DNA of 15,574 nucleotides from Promethearchaeota archaeon. GTDB taxonomy: Archaea > Asgardarchaeota > Lokiarchaeia > Sigyniarchaeales > SOKP01. The notes beneath the pieces are model-generated. The model saw nothing but the letters and a program-made list of their open reading frames with translations, was not told the DNA's origin and did not search any database. A program made the position numbers and the translations under genes. The stretch spans positions 1 to 15,574 of the forward strand of contig JBHLME010000107.1 of assembly GCA_048938445.1 (NCBI GenBank). The letters run 5' to 3'. Of the stretch, positions 1 through 9,341 are shown piece after piece. Within the stretch, counting starts at the first letter, position 1. Each line of letters opens with the position of its first letter.

Positions 1-24
1 ATTAGTAAAGAAGAATACATATAC

Positions 25-1125
25 ATGATCATTGATAATGTCTTAGTATTTGGTATTAATAGTGATCTACAAGGAGATACGTTACGAGCACATTTAGAAA
101 AGTTTGATGATAAAGTCATTAAAGCAGTTGCTGGTTTTAATCAAAAATTTCTTGAACATTTTTTAATAATTTCGAAAGGTAAGGACCCAAAAGATATTGA
201 TGAGGAAATACAAAAAATGGAAAAAATCTCCTTAATGATATCACCCATGGGAAATTTACATTATTTAAGAGATGATAATTTAGAATTTATTCTTACCAAA
301 TTAGGAGCTCTCAAGTTAGAAGAGATTACTGAAACAAAAATAATTAAAATTGTAGATGAACAATTAGAAAAACAATTTGGAGGAGCCGGACATTATACTG
401 AAGCAGCTGCCTTAGAAGGGCAGCTTCAGAGCGCCGCTTTTTATCTGTCAGGATTAGGATATCCTAGAACTGTTATTGAACAGAAATTGGATGAGGTAAG
501 AAAAGATCCATCAAAACTAGATGCTCTATTTAACGTACCAGAGATGGGTGCATTTGATCACCCTCCAGAATTCAGTAGTTCCAATTCTCAAAGTATAGAG
601 CAAAGTCAAGATGTAGACAATGCAATTGAGGGGTATATCGCATCATTAAAACCCGATATATCAGATGAAAGAGCAAAGAAGGCGGAAGAAATAATAATTG
701 AAATACGAGAAATAGCAGGAGAGCAAATGAATGAAAACTATGAAAAGGTATTTAAATTAATGCATCCTGATCGTCTTGCTAGAGCTGCTAAAATGTTAAG
801 GGGAGTAAAAAAAAAATCAAAGCGGATTAAACTTTACTTAGAATGGTTTTTCTGTACACATTTAATAAGTTCGGTAGAGTTTAAAGTTGAACACTGGCAA
901 GTTAGTTCCCATGCAGGTCATGGACAGGCAGGTGTTTATTCTGCGGGAATTGATTTTTCTCGTTATGATGTGATCGTGAGAGATTTTAATGATGGTAAAT
1001 TGACAAAAGTTATCAATATTACACGAAGAATATTACAAACCCCAAGTAAGAAAGCTGTACAAAAACTCGCGCAAGATCTCGTAGCTGAAACTGGTTTTGA
1101 TGAACACTTATATTTTACAGATTAA
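25..1125 (+). CDS. Hypothetical protein (366 aa), mostly helical, with a C-terminal His/Gly-rich motif
   Basis: Long ORF with ATG start and normal composition. No family recognised. Notable segment HWQVSSHAGHGQAGVYSAG. Confidence 0.8.
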   Translation: MIIDNVLVFGINSDLQGDTLRAHLEKFDDKVIKAVAGFNQKFLEHFLIISKGKDPKDIDEEIQKMEKISLMISPMGNLHYLRDDNLEFILTKLGALKLEEITETKIIKIVDEQLEKQFGGAGHYTEAAALEGQLQSAAFYLSGLGYPRTVIEQKLDEVRKDPSKLDALFNVPEMGAFDHPPEFSSSNSQSIEQSQDVDNAIEGYIASLKPDISDERAKKAEEIIIEIREIAGEQMNENYEKVFKLMHPDRLARAAKMLRGVKKKSKRIKLYLEWFFCTHLISSVEFKVEHWQVSSHAGHGQAGVYSAGIDFSRYDVIVRDFNDGKLTKVINITRRILQTPSKKAVQKLAQDLVAETGFDEHLYFTD

Positions 1126-1194
1126 AAAATGCATTTATTTTATCTTATTCATATCCTTTCTTTTAATTACTAACGTAAATTCCGTTTTCTATAG

Positions 1195-1210
1195 GAAACC
1201 TTTTTAAATA
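1195..1210 (+). promoter_or_regulatory. Putative archaeal BRE/TATA promoter for the serine hydrolase gene
   Basis: GAAACC-TTTTTAAATA in the intergenic region. An SD-like GAGAGGGAG lies just upstream of the ATG at 1341. Confidence 0.35.
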
Positions 1211-1340
1211 TTATGATATAATATACGAAATATGCATTTATTGAATAGAAATTCAATTATGCAGTAAAAAATGAAATTCAAATATAAAAGAAATCAAAAA
1301 ATAAATTAGTTAAATAATTAAAAGAGAGGGAGAATTTTAT

Positions 1341-2585
1341 ATGTCTCGTAAATCGAAATTGGTTATTTTAGGAATCTCTGTATTTAGCATCGTTCTTATT
1401 GCTTTATTTTCATATCCTGTAGTAGCGAATCCGGTTTTCAAGTACAATTATTTTCCATCTGATGATTGGGAAACTACAACTCCTGAAGCACAACGCATGA
1501 ACTCAACTGTTTTAGAGGAAATGTATGAGTATATATCAGATAATAGTGTCAATTTTCAATCTATGTTAATCATACGCAATGGTTATATAATTGAAGAAAC
1601 ATATCTCTTTAATGGCTCACGTGTACCCGGTAATGTATACGTTGCTCCTTTTGACGATTATGTTTTAGATCAGATACGATATGATCGATTACACCATATA
1701 TGGAGTGCTACTAAATCTATAACATCTCTTCTTGTTGGAATCGCCATTGAAATGGGTTTTATTGAAAGCGTGGACCAAACTTTTTTTGAAATCTTCCCTG
1801 ACAAGTGGAATCCCATTTATGGCAATGAATCCAAAAAGGATATAACTATAGAACATCTACTCACGCAAACATCTGGTTTTAATTGGACTGAATTAGAAGA
1901 TGCTTTTTATATTTGGCCAGCATTAGGTTATAGCCTCGATTATATTCTCACCAAACCTTTAGTAGCAGAACCAGGTTCAGTTTTCAATTACAATACTGGT
2001 AATCAAGAGCTTTTAGCAGCAATTCTCCAAAGAACAACAGGAATGAAACTTTCAGAATTTGCACGCCAATATCTTTTTGAACCTATTGGTATTGAAGATA
2101 ATGATTGGGAATGGGATGAATCTCCTTGGCCATGGGGTTCAGTAGATTTAGCAAACATAACTCATGGGGGCTTTGGTATATACATGACACCAAGAGCGAT
2201 GGCACGCATTGGTTTATTGTGCTTAAATGAGGGACAATGGGGTTGTAAACACGTGATCCCTGAGGATTGGATTGAAACATCAATAGAACCACACGTAACT
2301 GAAGGTATCTTCGATCCCACTAAAGATTATGGATACTTGTGGTGGCTTTCTTCTAATTACTATGCGGCTTCAGGATTTGCAGGTCAACGGATAATAGTAA
2401 TTCCAGAGCATGATATAATCGTGGTCATAACTGCTGAAATATTAGACGTGATAACTCCTGTATTTGATATCACAATCAATAATTATATAATAGAGGCAGT
2501 TCTACCACCAATTCCATGCAACTATTATACCATATGGTTATGGATCTATTACTTTTTCAAGAGATTATTTCAATGGTATGGTTAA
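1341..2585 (+). CDS. Secreted serine hydrolase, beta-lactamase class C/AmpC (6-aminohexanoate-dimer hydrolase-like) family
   Basis: SxxK (WSATKS), ITIEHLLTQTSG, YxN-like (FNYNTGN), YGYLWW and ASGFAGQ motifs. N-terminal signal peptide (basic, then hydrophobic, then VVA-N). Confidence 0.9.
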   Translation: MSRKSKLVILGISVFSIVLIALFSYPVVANPVFKYNYFPSDDWETTTPEAQRMNSTVLEEMYEYISDNSVNFQSMLIIRNGYIIEETYLFNGSRVPGNVYVAPFDDYVLDQIRYDRLHHIWSATKSITSLLVGIAIEMGFIESVDQTFFEIFPDKWNPIYGNESKKDITIEHLLTQTSGFNWTELEDAFYIWPALGYSLDYILTKPLVAEPGSVFNYNTGNQELLAAILQRTTGMKLSEFARQYLFEPIGIEDNDWEWDESPWPWGSVDLANITHGGFGIYMTPRAMARIGLLCLNEGQWGCKHVIPEDWIETSIEPHVTEGIFDPTKDYGYLWWLSSNYYAASGFAGQRIIVIPEHDIIVVITAEILDVITPVFDITINNYIIEAVLPPIPCNYYTIWLWIYYFFKRLFQWYG

Positions 2586-2626
2586 ATACAGCTAATAGTT
2601 AATAGCTTTAAATAAATAACTAATTC

Positions 2627-2637
2627 TTTTTTTTTTT
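2627..2637 (+). terminator. Oligo-T archaeal terminator candidate between convergent genes
   Basis: T11 tract about 40 nt after the stop of the 1341..2585 gene. Confidence 0.4.
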
Positions 2638-2668
2638 GATTTCTATTTTATATCTTTAAATAAAAACA

Positions 2669-3931
2669 TTACATAAAAGCAGCTTTAATGAATTTACCGC
2701 TTAAGGCTATTTTTGTTAGTGCAGGTAACATTGAAAATAATAACCTTCCAGCTCTTCTAGTCCCATTTAATGTATAATTTTCTAAATCATACATTCGGTA
2801 TGCTTCCCAGATTTCTCTTCTTAGTTGTTTATCTCTATTAATCAGATTTACATACGTGCTCCATAAAGTTTTCACGTGAGCACCTGCGCTATAAAATAGA
2901 TATTCTGAACCCTCACCATTCACAAAATAATTTTTCAGAAGAATACGGTGAAGTTCTCTATCATAACTGTTTAATTCATTCCGAGTGAAAATACTATCTT
3001 TTTCTAATAATGGTTTTATGGTCTTTACTGCTAGATCAGCTGAACACATTCCACATAATAATCCTTCATAAAAGAAAGCAGTAACTAATCCCGCAGCCTC
3101 TCCAAGAACCATCATTCTATCATTTGAAAAAAATTTGATGGGATGTTTAGATATATAAGTAACGACTGGATTTGGATCTCTTTTTAATCCTTTAACAATT
3201 GGTTGTATTCTTTTATAATTATTTAAAATTCTTTCCAATTTTGATACTAATTCTTTTGGAGTCTCTTTAGAATTTCCCATAAAACCAATTGGAATTCTTT
3301 CATATCCTTTTTCTAAGTAAAATGGACCATTTGTACTTATTTGTGGATTGATGTGAAAAATATAATTTGGAACCATTTGATCATTAATCTCATCTTGGTT
3401 GCCTCTCAAATGGGTATAAATTCCTAAATACCTATCAGGAGTTCCAAATCCTACAGAACGTTGTAATTCAAATCCAAGGGATCCAGTGGCAAGAACTAAT
3501 AATCGAGTAGAATATGATTCACCTTTATTATTGATAATTTCCACGTGATCAGCATGCTTTTCAATTCTCGTGATTTTTTCATTGAATTTTATAGTTCCAC
3601 CTTGATTTTCTGATTCATTTAATAACTTATCAATCAGTTTTTCAGTATGACAGACATATCCTAAAGGGGCTCCAAATTCATCGGAATTCACTATACCATC
3701 CTCTTCAGCAGCCATATAATTCATTTTTTCGTGAATAACTGGAAAAATCGATTTATCAGAATAGTCAAATTCCGTTAGAAATGCTTTATTATGCTCTGCA
3801 AATATATTTGTTGAGACGGGTAAGTCATTTTTGCTCCTGGCTTCAATTAACATTGCATTAGAAAACTTTGAAGCCTTGTAAGCAAAAGTTGCTCCTGAGA
3901 TACCCGCACCTATGACGATTACATCGTACAT
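2669..3931 (-). CDS. FAD-dependent oxidoreductase, geranylgeranyl reductase/FixC-like family (divergent)
   Basis: N-terminal Rossmann motif DVIVIGAGISG, LVLATG, and LGEAAGLV..F.YEG (variant of GDAAG...P..GEG). 420 aa. Confidence 0.85.
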   Translation of the reverse strand: MYDVIVIGAGISGATFAYKASKFSNAMLIEARSKNDLPVSTNIFAEHNKAFLTEFDYSDKSIFPVIHEKMNYMAAEEDGIVNSDEFGAPLGYVCHTEKLIDKLLNESENQGGTIKFNEKITRIEKHADHVEIINNKGESYSTRLLVLATGSLGFELQRSVGFGTPDRYLGIYTHLRGNQDEINDQMVPNYIFHINPQISTNGPFYLEKGYERIPIGFMGNSKETPKELVSKLERILNNYKRIQPIVKGLKRDPNPVVTYISKHPIKFFSNDRMMVLGEAAGLVTAFFYEGLLCGMCSADLAVKTIKPLLEKDSIFTRNELNSYDRELHRILLKNYFVNGEGSEYLFYSAGAHVKTLWSTYVNLINRDKQLRREIWEAYRMYDLENYTLNGTRRAGRLLFSMLPALTKIALSGKFIKAAFM

Positions 3932-4168
3932 TATTTTTCAAATTAAGAATTTATGATAATATCAATTCTTAATGCTTAAAAAATTTTAATCTTGTAAATT
4001 TTGAATACTGACGTAAATGTAATTATTTTATTTAATCATTTTAGATTTGATATTCAATTAAAAAACAAATTTATTGTAAACATTCAGTGAATTACTATAT
4101 GAGATAATAATAATGATTTCACAAGAATAATTCATTATAAGAAAAGATGTGAGATCTACTTCTATTTA

Positions 4169-5461
4169 TTATAAGATTTCGATTTTATCATTTTTAATAC
4201 GCCAATTACATCCACATCCAAATGCTCCACACACATATTTCTTGCCATACATGCGGGGATAAGCCATAATTATATTTGTTTTATCTAATTCCTCTCGAAT
4301 GAGATTTTTTTTTTGATTTCCGCAATTTGGACATTTTCTAATGCTATCTATAATTGGTTCATTCATGAATTTATGCTCTTCATGAATGATTTCTTCATTT
4401 TCACTTGTTAAAATTTCAGGTTCTGTGTCTAATTGTTGAGGAGTTACAGTTTTAGCTTCACTATCTATATATTCTTCAATCTCTTCTTTTGGTTCGGTAT
4501 CTAATACTAGTTGAGTTTCTACTTCTGCTTTAGTCTTTGCTTCAAAAATTCTACTAGGTTCTTCATATTCACTTGTATTTATGAGTGTTTGAATCTGTTT
4601 TTGGAGTTCAATTATTCTATTTTTATATTTCTTATTTTCTGCTTCTAAAGTTATTTTTATTTCAACAAATGAATTGTTCATATTTTCAATCTTGTCATCT
4701 AAAACCTTTATTTTATGTTCATAGGTGTTTATTAGTTTTTCCTGTTCATCATCAAATTTAAAACCTTCCTCAATTGCAATACTCTTTACATATTCAAGCT
4801 TATCTTGCAGTTCTTTTATTTTATCTTTATAGATTCTCTCTTTTTCAGATTCATCCTCATTAAATAAATAACTTTTATCATCAGCTGAATCGTTAGTAAA
4901 GTTTTCAAGTTTTTTTTCTAATATCTTTACTTTTGCCTTATATTTCTCTTTTTTTTCTGATAATTTTTCAATAAAATAGAGGGTTTCTTTTTCGTTTTCT
5001 TCATATTCCTTTTTTTCGTCAGTTAATTTTATGATTAGTTCTTTGGCATTATCTTCATTTACTTTATGCATATTTAATTCATTAGTCAATTTTTCAATCA
5101 TAGAACTTGCATCTGAAACTTGAGATCTTAAAGTTTTTAATTCTTTACTCTCTTTTTTATACTCATTCAATAACCCAATACTGTCCTTTAATGATTCTAA
5201 TTCTTCATCCTTTTCATTTAAAGCCTTTCTTTGAGAGACAATCATATCTTTAAGAATATCGATATCATCAGAAATATTATTTTCTTCCTTATCATTTGAC
5301 TTATCCAGTTGAAGGATTTTTTCCTGTTCATTTATTTTAAGATTAAGTCTTTTAATTTCCTCTTTTAGAATTTCAATTGCGTCAACCAATTCAGAACGTG
5401 AACTATCATTTACATCAATATCGTTGATTAAATTATTTGAAGGAGAGGGATCTTTATTCAT
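4169..5461 (-). CDS. Long coiled-coil protein with a C-terminal Zn-ribbon-like domain
   Basis: About 300 aa of E/K/L heptad-like sequence, an acidic linker, then RKCPNCG...YGKKYVCGAFGCG. Confidence 0.8.
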   Translation of the reverse strand: MNKDPSPSNNLINDIDVNDSSRSELVDAIEILKEEIKRLNLKINEQEKILQLDKSNDKEENNISDDIDILKDMIVSQRKALNEKDEELESLKDSIGLLNEYKKESKELKTLRSQVSDASSMIEKLTNELNMHKVNEDNAKELIIKLTDEKKEYEENEKETLYFIEKLSEKKEKYKAKVKILEKKLENFTNDSADDKSYLFNEDESEKERIYKDKIKELQDKLEYVKSIAIEEGFKFDDEQEKLINTYEHKIKVLDDKIENMNNSFVEIKITLEAENKKYKNRIIELQKQIQTLINTSEYEEPSRIFEAKTKAEVETQLVLDTEPKEEIEEYIDSEAKTVTPQQLDTEPEILTSENEEIIHEEHKFMNEPIIDSIRKCPNCGNQKKNLIREELDKTNIIMAYPRMYGKKYVCGAFGCGCNWRIKNDKIEIL

Positions 5462-5516
5462 TGTTTTATTAAGAAATATTATATTTCAAATCTTCGTAGA
5501 TATAATATTTTTCACT

Positions 5517-5529
5517 TTAATAAACTTTT
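5517..5529 (-). promoter_or_regulatory. Putative BRE/TATA promoter for the coiled-coil gene
   Basis: Minus strand reads AAAAGTTTATTAA about 55-70 nt upstream of the ATG at 5461. Confidence 0.4.
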
Positions 5530-5789
5530 AGGATTAAATTTTAAAAATATATTTAATTCGTAATAAAAGAACTTGAAAGAATTGAATAAATAATATATTA
5601 CATTGGAATTTTTTTCAATTTTTAAGATTTATATCTGGGGAACTCAAATGTTCACATAAATATTAAGATAAATCTTGAAGAAATAGAAAAACATCGAATA
5701 TCTTTCTGAGGATACAAATACGCTAAAAGATATAAAGAAAAAAAGGAGTATTTTTATTTTTAGAGATTTGAAAAATAAATAATAATTGA

Positions 5790-6395
5790 TTAAAACATAG
5801 CTCCACCACAATGTTCGCAAAATTTAGCAGATTTTTTTACGACTTTACCACATTCACTGCAAAATTTGGTTTCATTATCACCAGCTATTGTAGTAGTTCC
5901 ACCAACGTTTACATTAATAACTGAAACTGGTTGATCATATCCTCTCACAGGAACTATAAATTGGCTAGCATCTTTATCTGATCCTTTACTTGCTTTCAAG
6001 CTTGATTTTTGAACGAATTCAACACAGAGACGCCAGTTGGAATAAGCTTCTCCAGTTCTTGGGCTTATCCTGTTTGGTAATTCAATTTTGAATGGATAAT
6101 CTTTTGTTTCTCCGGAATGAATGAACTCATTTTCCGCGATGGGGTACTTTTTTAATACCTTTTTTTGAGGCCTCCACCCTGCACTAGCATGACCATACCC
6201 TGTATTATCATTATAGCTAGCATGTGCATAATATTTTTCAAATCTTTCTACAACGTGTATTTCTACTTTTTTTAGTTTTTTATCTTTTTTTGCATTACTT
6301 TCTATTGAAAAAACACCTGAAATTTCATCGTTTGGACCATATAATTCCTTTTGATCGTATATATCATAACTACATTTAATTTTTGTCAAATACAT
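5790..6395 (-). CDS. Arrestin/SpoOM-like beta-sandwich protein with a C-terminal double zinc ribbon
   Basis: YGPNDEISGVFSI...KVEIHV...GETKDYPFKIELP fits the arrestin N-domain pattern. C-terminal FCSECG...AKFCEHCG zinc ribbon. Confidence 0.7.
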   Translation of the reverse strand: MYLTKIKCSYDIYDQKELYGPNDEISGVFSIESNAKKDKKLKKVEIHVVERFEKYYAHASYNDNTGYGHASAGWRPQKKVLKKYPIAENEFIHSGETKDYPFKIELPNRISPRTGEAYSNWRLCVEFVQKSSLKASKGSDKDASQFIVPVRGYDQPVSVINVNVGGTTTIAGDNETKFCSECGKVVKKSAKFCEHCGGAMF

Positions 6396-6628
6396 CTACC
6401 ACTTTAATTAATTTAGATTTTATCTTCTAATGTGTATTATAACTAGAATTTCTATGATATATTTTAATATATCATCTATTTATAAATTTATTTAAAAACT
6501 ATATGTTTTTTCCTAATATTAGGTAAGTAATGTTAATATAATCTTTTGTAAATTCTATTTATTAAATTGTAGATCTAAATTCAGCAATTTTATTTAAAAA
6601 AATAGTATAAGTCAGTTCAATCTTTCGA

Positions 6629-6644
6629 TTTCCAGATCTGGAAA
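6629..6644. promoter_or_regulatory. Perfect 16-bp palindrome TTTCCAGATCTGGAAA, candidate operator
   Basis: Read directly from the sequence. Lies in the divergent intergenic region and is centred on GATC. Two more AGATCT palindromes at 6571 and 6664. Confidence 0.45.
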
Positions 6645-6759
6645 CTAATTTTTTAATATATAAAGATCTTTAATTTGATTAAATTAAACGATTATTAAAA
6701 ATATGCGTGTTTACAAATAAAACTTAAATTATTTACCTGATTTCAGTATACAGATTCAA

Positions 6760-7293
6760 ATGAATGATGTCCAAATTAGTAAATTCATATCTTACGTCCT
6801 TCGACATAATCCAAAAGGAAAAGTCATTTCAGAAGATGGGTGGATGGATTTGAAAGATTTATTAGAGCTCCTGAACATCGAATTTTCTTATACAATAGAA
6901 CTTGATGATGTTATGCGCGTTGTTTCTGAAAATGATAAACAGCGATTTAAGATAAATGAAAACAAAATCAGAGCAAGTCAAGGGCATACTCTTAAAAAAA
7001 TTAAAATAGAACTAATCCCTCGTACACCTCCAGATATCTTATATCATGGGACAAAAAAACAGATATTGAAGATTATTAAAAAGGAAGGTCTTAAGAAAAT
7101 GAATCGTCATCACGTCCATCTTAGCGCTGAACGCAAAACGGCAGAAATCGTTGCAAGGCGATGGCATCAAGGAATCTTAATTCTTGAAATTGATACAAGA
7201 TCCATGCATCTTGATGGGTATGTTTTTTATCTTAGCGATAATGGAGTGTGGCTTACGGATAAAATCCCTCCGAGATATATTAAATTCATGTAG
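6760..7293 (+). CDS. kptA: RNA 2'-phosphotransferase (Tpt1/KptA)
   Basis: SKFISYVLRH, DKQRF, IRASQGH, LYHGT, RHHVHLS and NGVWLT motifs. Confidence 0.95.
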   Translation: MNDVQISKFISYVLRHNPKGKVISEDGWMDLKDLLELLNIEFSYTIELDDVMRVVSENDKQRFKINENKIRASQGHTLKKIKIELIPRTPPDILYHGTKKQILKIIKKEGLKKMNRHHVHLSAERKTAEIVARRWHQGILILEIDTRSMHLDGYVFYLSDNGVWLTDKIPPRYIKFM

Positions 7294-7431
7294 ATTTTAT
7301 GATATTTTTACAATTAATAACTAATTTTTAAAATTAATAATTATTACTTATGAACAAAAAAAATAGAATTAATTATAAGAAATTATTTTTCTTTAACTAA
7401 AATTAATCATTCAATCTCAATTATTAATATT

Positions 7432-7612
7432 TTGCTAATAATTGAAGAAAGATCAATCATGAAAAATAAATCTTTAAATACTCCTCATCCTTTTGTCAAG
7501 TGGGCGGGAGGTAAGAGACAATTAATACATAAAATTGAGAGATACTTACCGAAAACATTTAATAAATATATTGAACCTTTTGTTGGAGGGGGAGCTTTAT
7601 TATATCTTTTAT
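7432..7612 (+). pseudogene. dam: 5' remnant of a Dam-family DNA adenine methyltransferase
   Basis: [12 protein letters not shown]...[11 protein letters not shown] (motifs X and I), after which homology is lost. No DPPY motif. The ORF runs on into sequence antisense to the LAGLIDADG gene. Confidence 0.85.
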
Positions 7613-7654
7613 TTATAATGAACCTCTTTTTTATATGTTTGAGATTTGATCTCT

Positions 7655-8971
7655 TTAGAAATTTAATAATTCATTTAACTCCCATTTTTCTTTTGATGGA
7701 GGTTCAACATAAAACTCTTTACATTTATCGGAAATTAAATCATAGGTAAATTCTAATTTATGGCCTAAGTTCCAAATATAATTTTGATATTGTATTTCAG
7801 AAATTTCACCTTTCTCATGTAAAATCTCTTTATTTCTTATTAAGTTATTAAAAGTATTAATTAATTTGTTACTAATTGCTTTTCTTTTCAATTTAAAGGA
7901 AAATTTATAATTATTTAACATCAAAAGCATTAAATCTCGACCTAACTCTAATTTATAAACAATTCCTTTAGAATTATCCTTCTTTATAAAAAAATCCCTC
8001 AAAATTTTATTGCTAATATCAAAATAATCTTTAATTTGCTTAAGAAAAGTATAACTCCCTGAAGAAACTTTTGTCCTACCTGTAGTCCCATCTCCGTCAT
8101 AGTAACCAAGTATAAATCCTAAATATAATTCTTTTTGAGATATTTTATTATTACTGACAAGCTTTGGTAATTCAATATTTAATGATTTTTTATTACCAAC
8201 AATAAATCCTTTATTTATTAAATGTTGTGCAAATCTACTATTCATAAAACGAGCTAAATATGACCAGGAATTTGATTTTTTATCTCTATATTTATTTAAA
8301 TATTTTTGATTGAATCCTATTGCTGAACAATAATCTCTTATTAACGTGAAGTTTTTTTTTGATTGTTTTAGCCCTATTTCATAATTAGCATATTTTTTTG
8401 AAATGTCAAAGGATTTAGAAATCCAACCCTCTGCCCATAATAATCCTAACCAATATGCTTTTTCTACAGTATCTATACTTTCAAAGTAGTTTTCTATTAA
8501 TTTAGGATGAAAATTTTTACTTCGATAACTATTTGAGAATGGAGGGTTATGGATTTTCTTATATTTATAGATGGTTTTATCTATAAAACTAGTAATAATT
8601 TGCTTTGGTATATTATAACTCAATAATAACACTCTCAATTTAAGTTCATATTTATGTAAGAAATTTAAAGAAATTATATAATTAGTATTAATAGTAGCCT
8701 TTCTTAGAATATTCTTTATATGATTTTTCTTTTGACCTAAAAGAACACTTAAATCTTCGCTTTTTATTTTAGGAATTTTAACATATTTATAGTAAAATTT
8801 AGTATTACTTGATATTCTATTCATCAATAGTATTGAAATCCCTTGTTTTAGAGTTTCTATAAACTCTAATGATGTACTAAAATCATGATTTTCTTCAAAC
8901 CAAATACATATATTTTTATATTTAGATTTTAGATTTTTTAAATTTAAATTATTGATTGATTCATTTTTCAT
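7655..8971 (-). CDS. Free-standing double-motif LAGLIDADG homing-endonuclease-like protein
   Basis: [23 protein letters not shown] (motif 1) and [11 protein letters not shown] (motif 2), plus GNKKS..IELP and SGS..FL..IK. About 150-aa N-terminal extension. Extremely AT-rich. Confidence 0.85.
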   Translation of the reverse strand: MKNESINNLNLKNLKSKYKNICIWFEENHDFSTSLEFIETLKQGISILLMNRISSNTKFYYKYVKIPKIKSEDLSVLLGQKKNHIKNILRKATINTNYIISLNFLHKYELKLRVLLLSYNIPKQIITSFIDKTIYKYKKIHNPPFSNSYRSKNFHPKLIENYFESIDTVEKAYWLGLLWAEGWISKSFDISKKYANYEIGLKQSKKNFTLIRDYCSAIGFNQKYLNKYRDKKSNSWSYLARFMNSRFAQHLINKGFIVGNKKSLNIELPKLVSNNKISQKELYLGFILGYYDGDGTTGRTKVSSGSYTFLKQIKDYFDISNKILRDFFIKKDNSKGIVYKLELGRDLMLLMLNNYKFSFKLKRKAISNKLINTFNNLIRNKEILHEKGEISEIQYQNYIWNLGHKLEFTYDLISDKCKEFYVEPPSKEKWELNELLNF

Positions 8972-9341
8972 TTGAAATATAATTCATTTATGATATTATC
9001 TACAATTTTTTAAAATAAAGTGTTAAGAGTCTATAGGTTTTTTATAAAACCATAATAATATAATTAAAATCAATTGTTCTTGATTTTTAATCACTAAAGT
9101 TACTAATGAAGGAAAACTCTAATAAAATAAATTCATTCTGAACGAAACAAATAAAAGGATTAATTTTTTCTTTAATTTCTAATAATTTATAATATTTATA
9201 ATATTTTTTTGTCGTTACAGATTGAATTAGATTTAAATAAATGAAATGAGTATTAATAATTATATTCTAAAGTGAATTTATTATTTATAAACAAATAATT
9301 GGATGATTGTTTACCTTTAAAAAATATTGAGGGATTAATAT

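Noticed and set aside
2083-2292. 69-aa minus-strand ORF
   Set aside because: Antisense shadow inside the serine hydrolase gene, with no motifs.
7613-7749. C-terminal half of ORF 7432..7749
   Set aside because: Non-homologous read-through that overlaps the LAGLIDADG 3' end on the other strand.
7609-9290. 10-bp direct repeat TTATTTATAA (7609-7618 and 9281-9290) as a target-site duplication
   Set aside because: The position is suggestive, but the repeat is AT-only in very AT-rich DNA. Near-copies occur elsewhere (e.g. ~10252) and no transposase is present.
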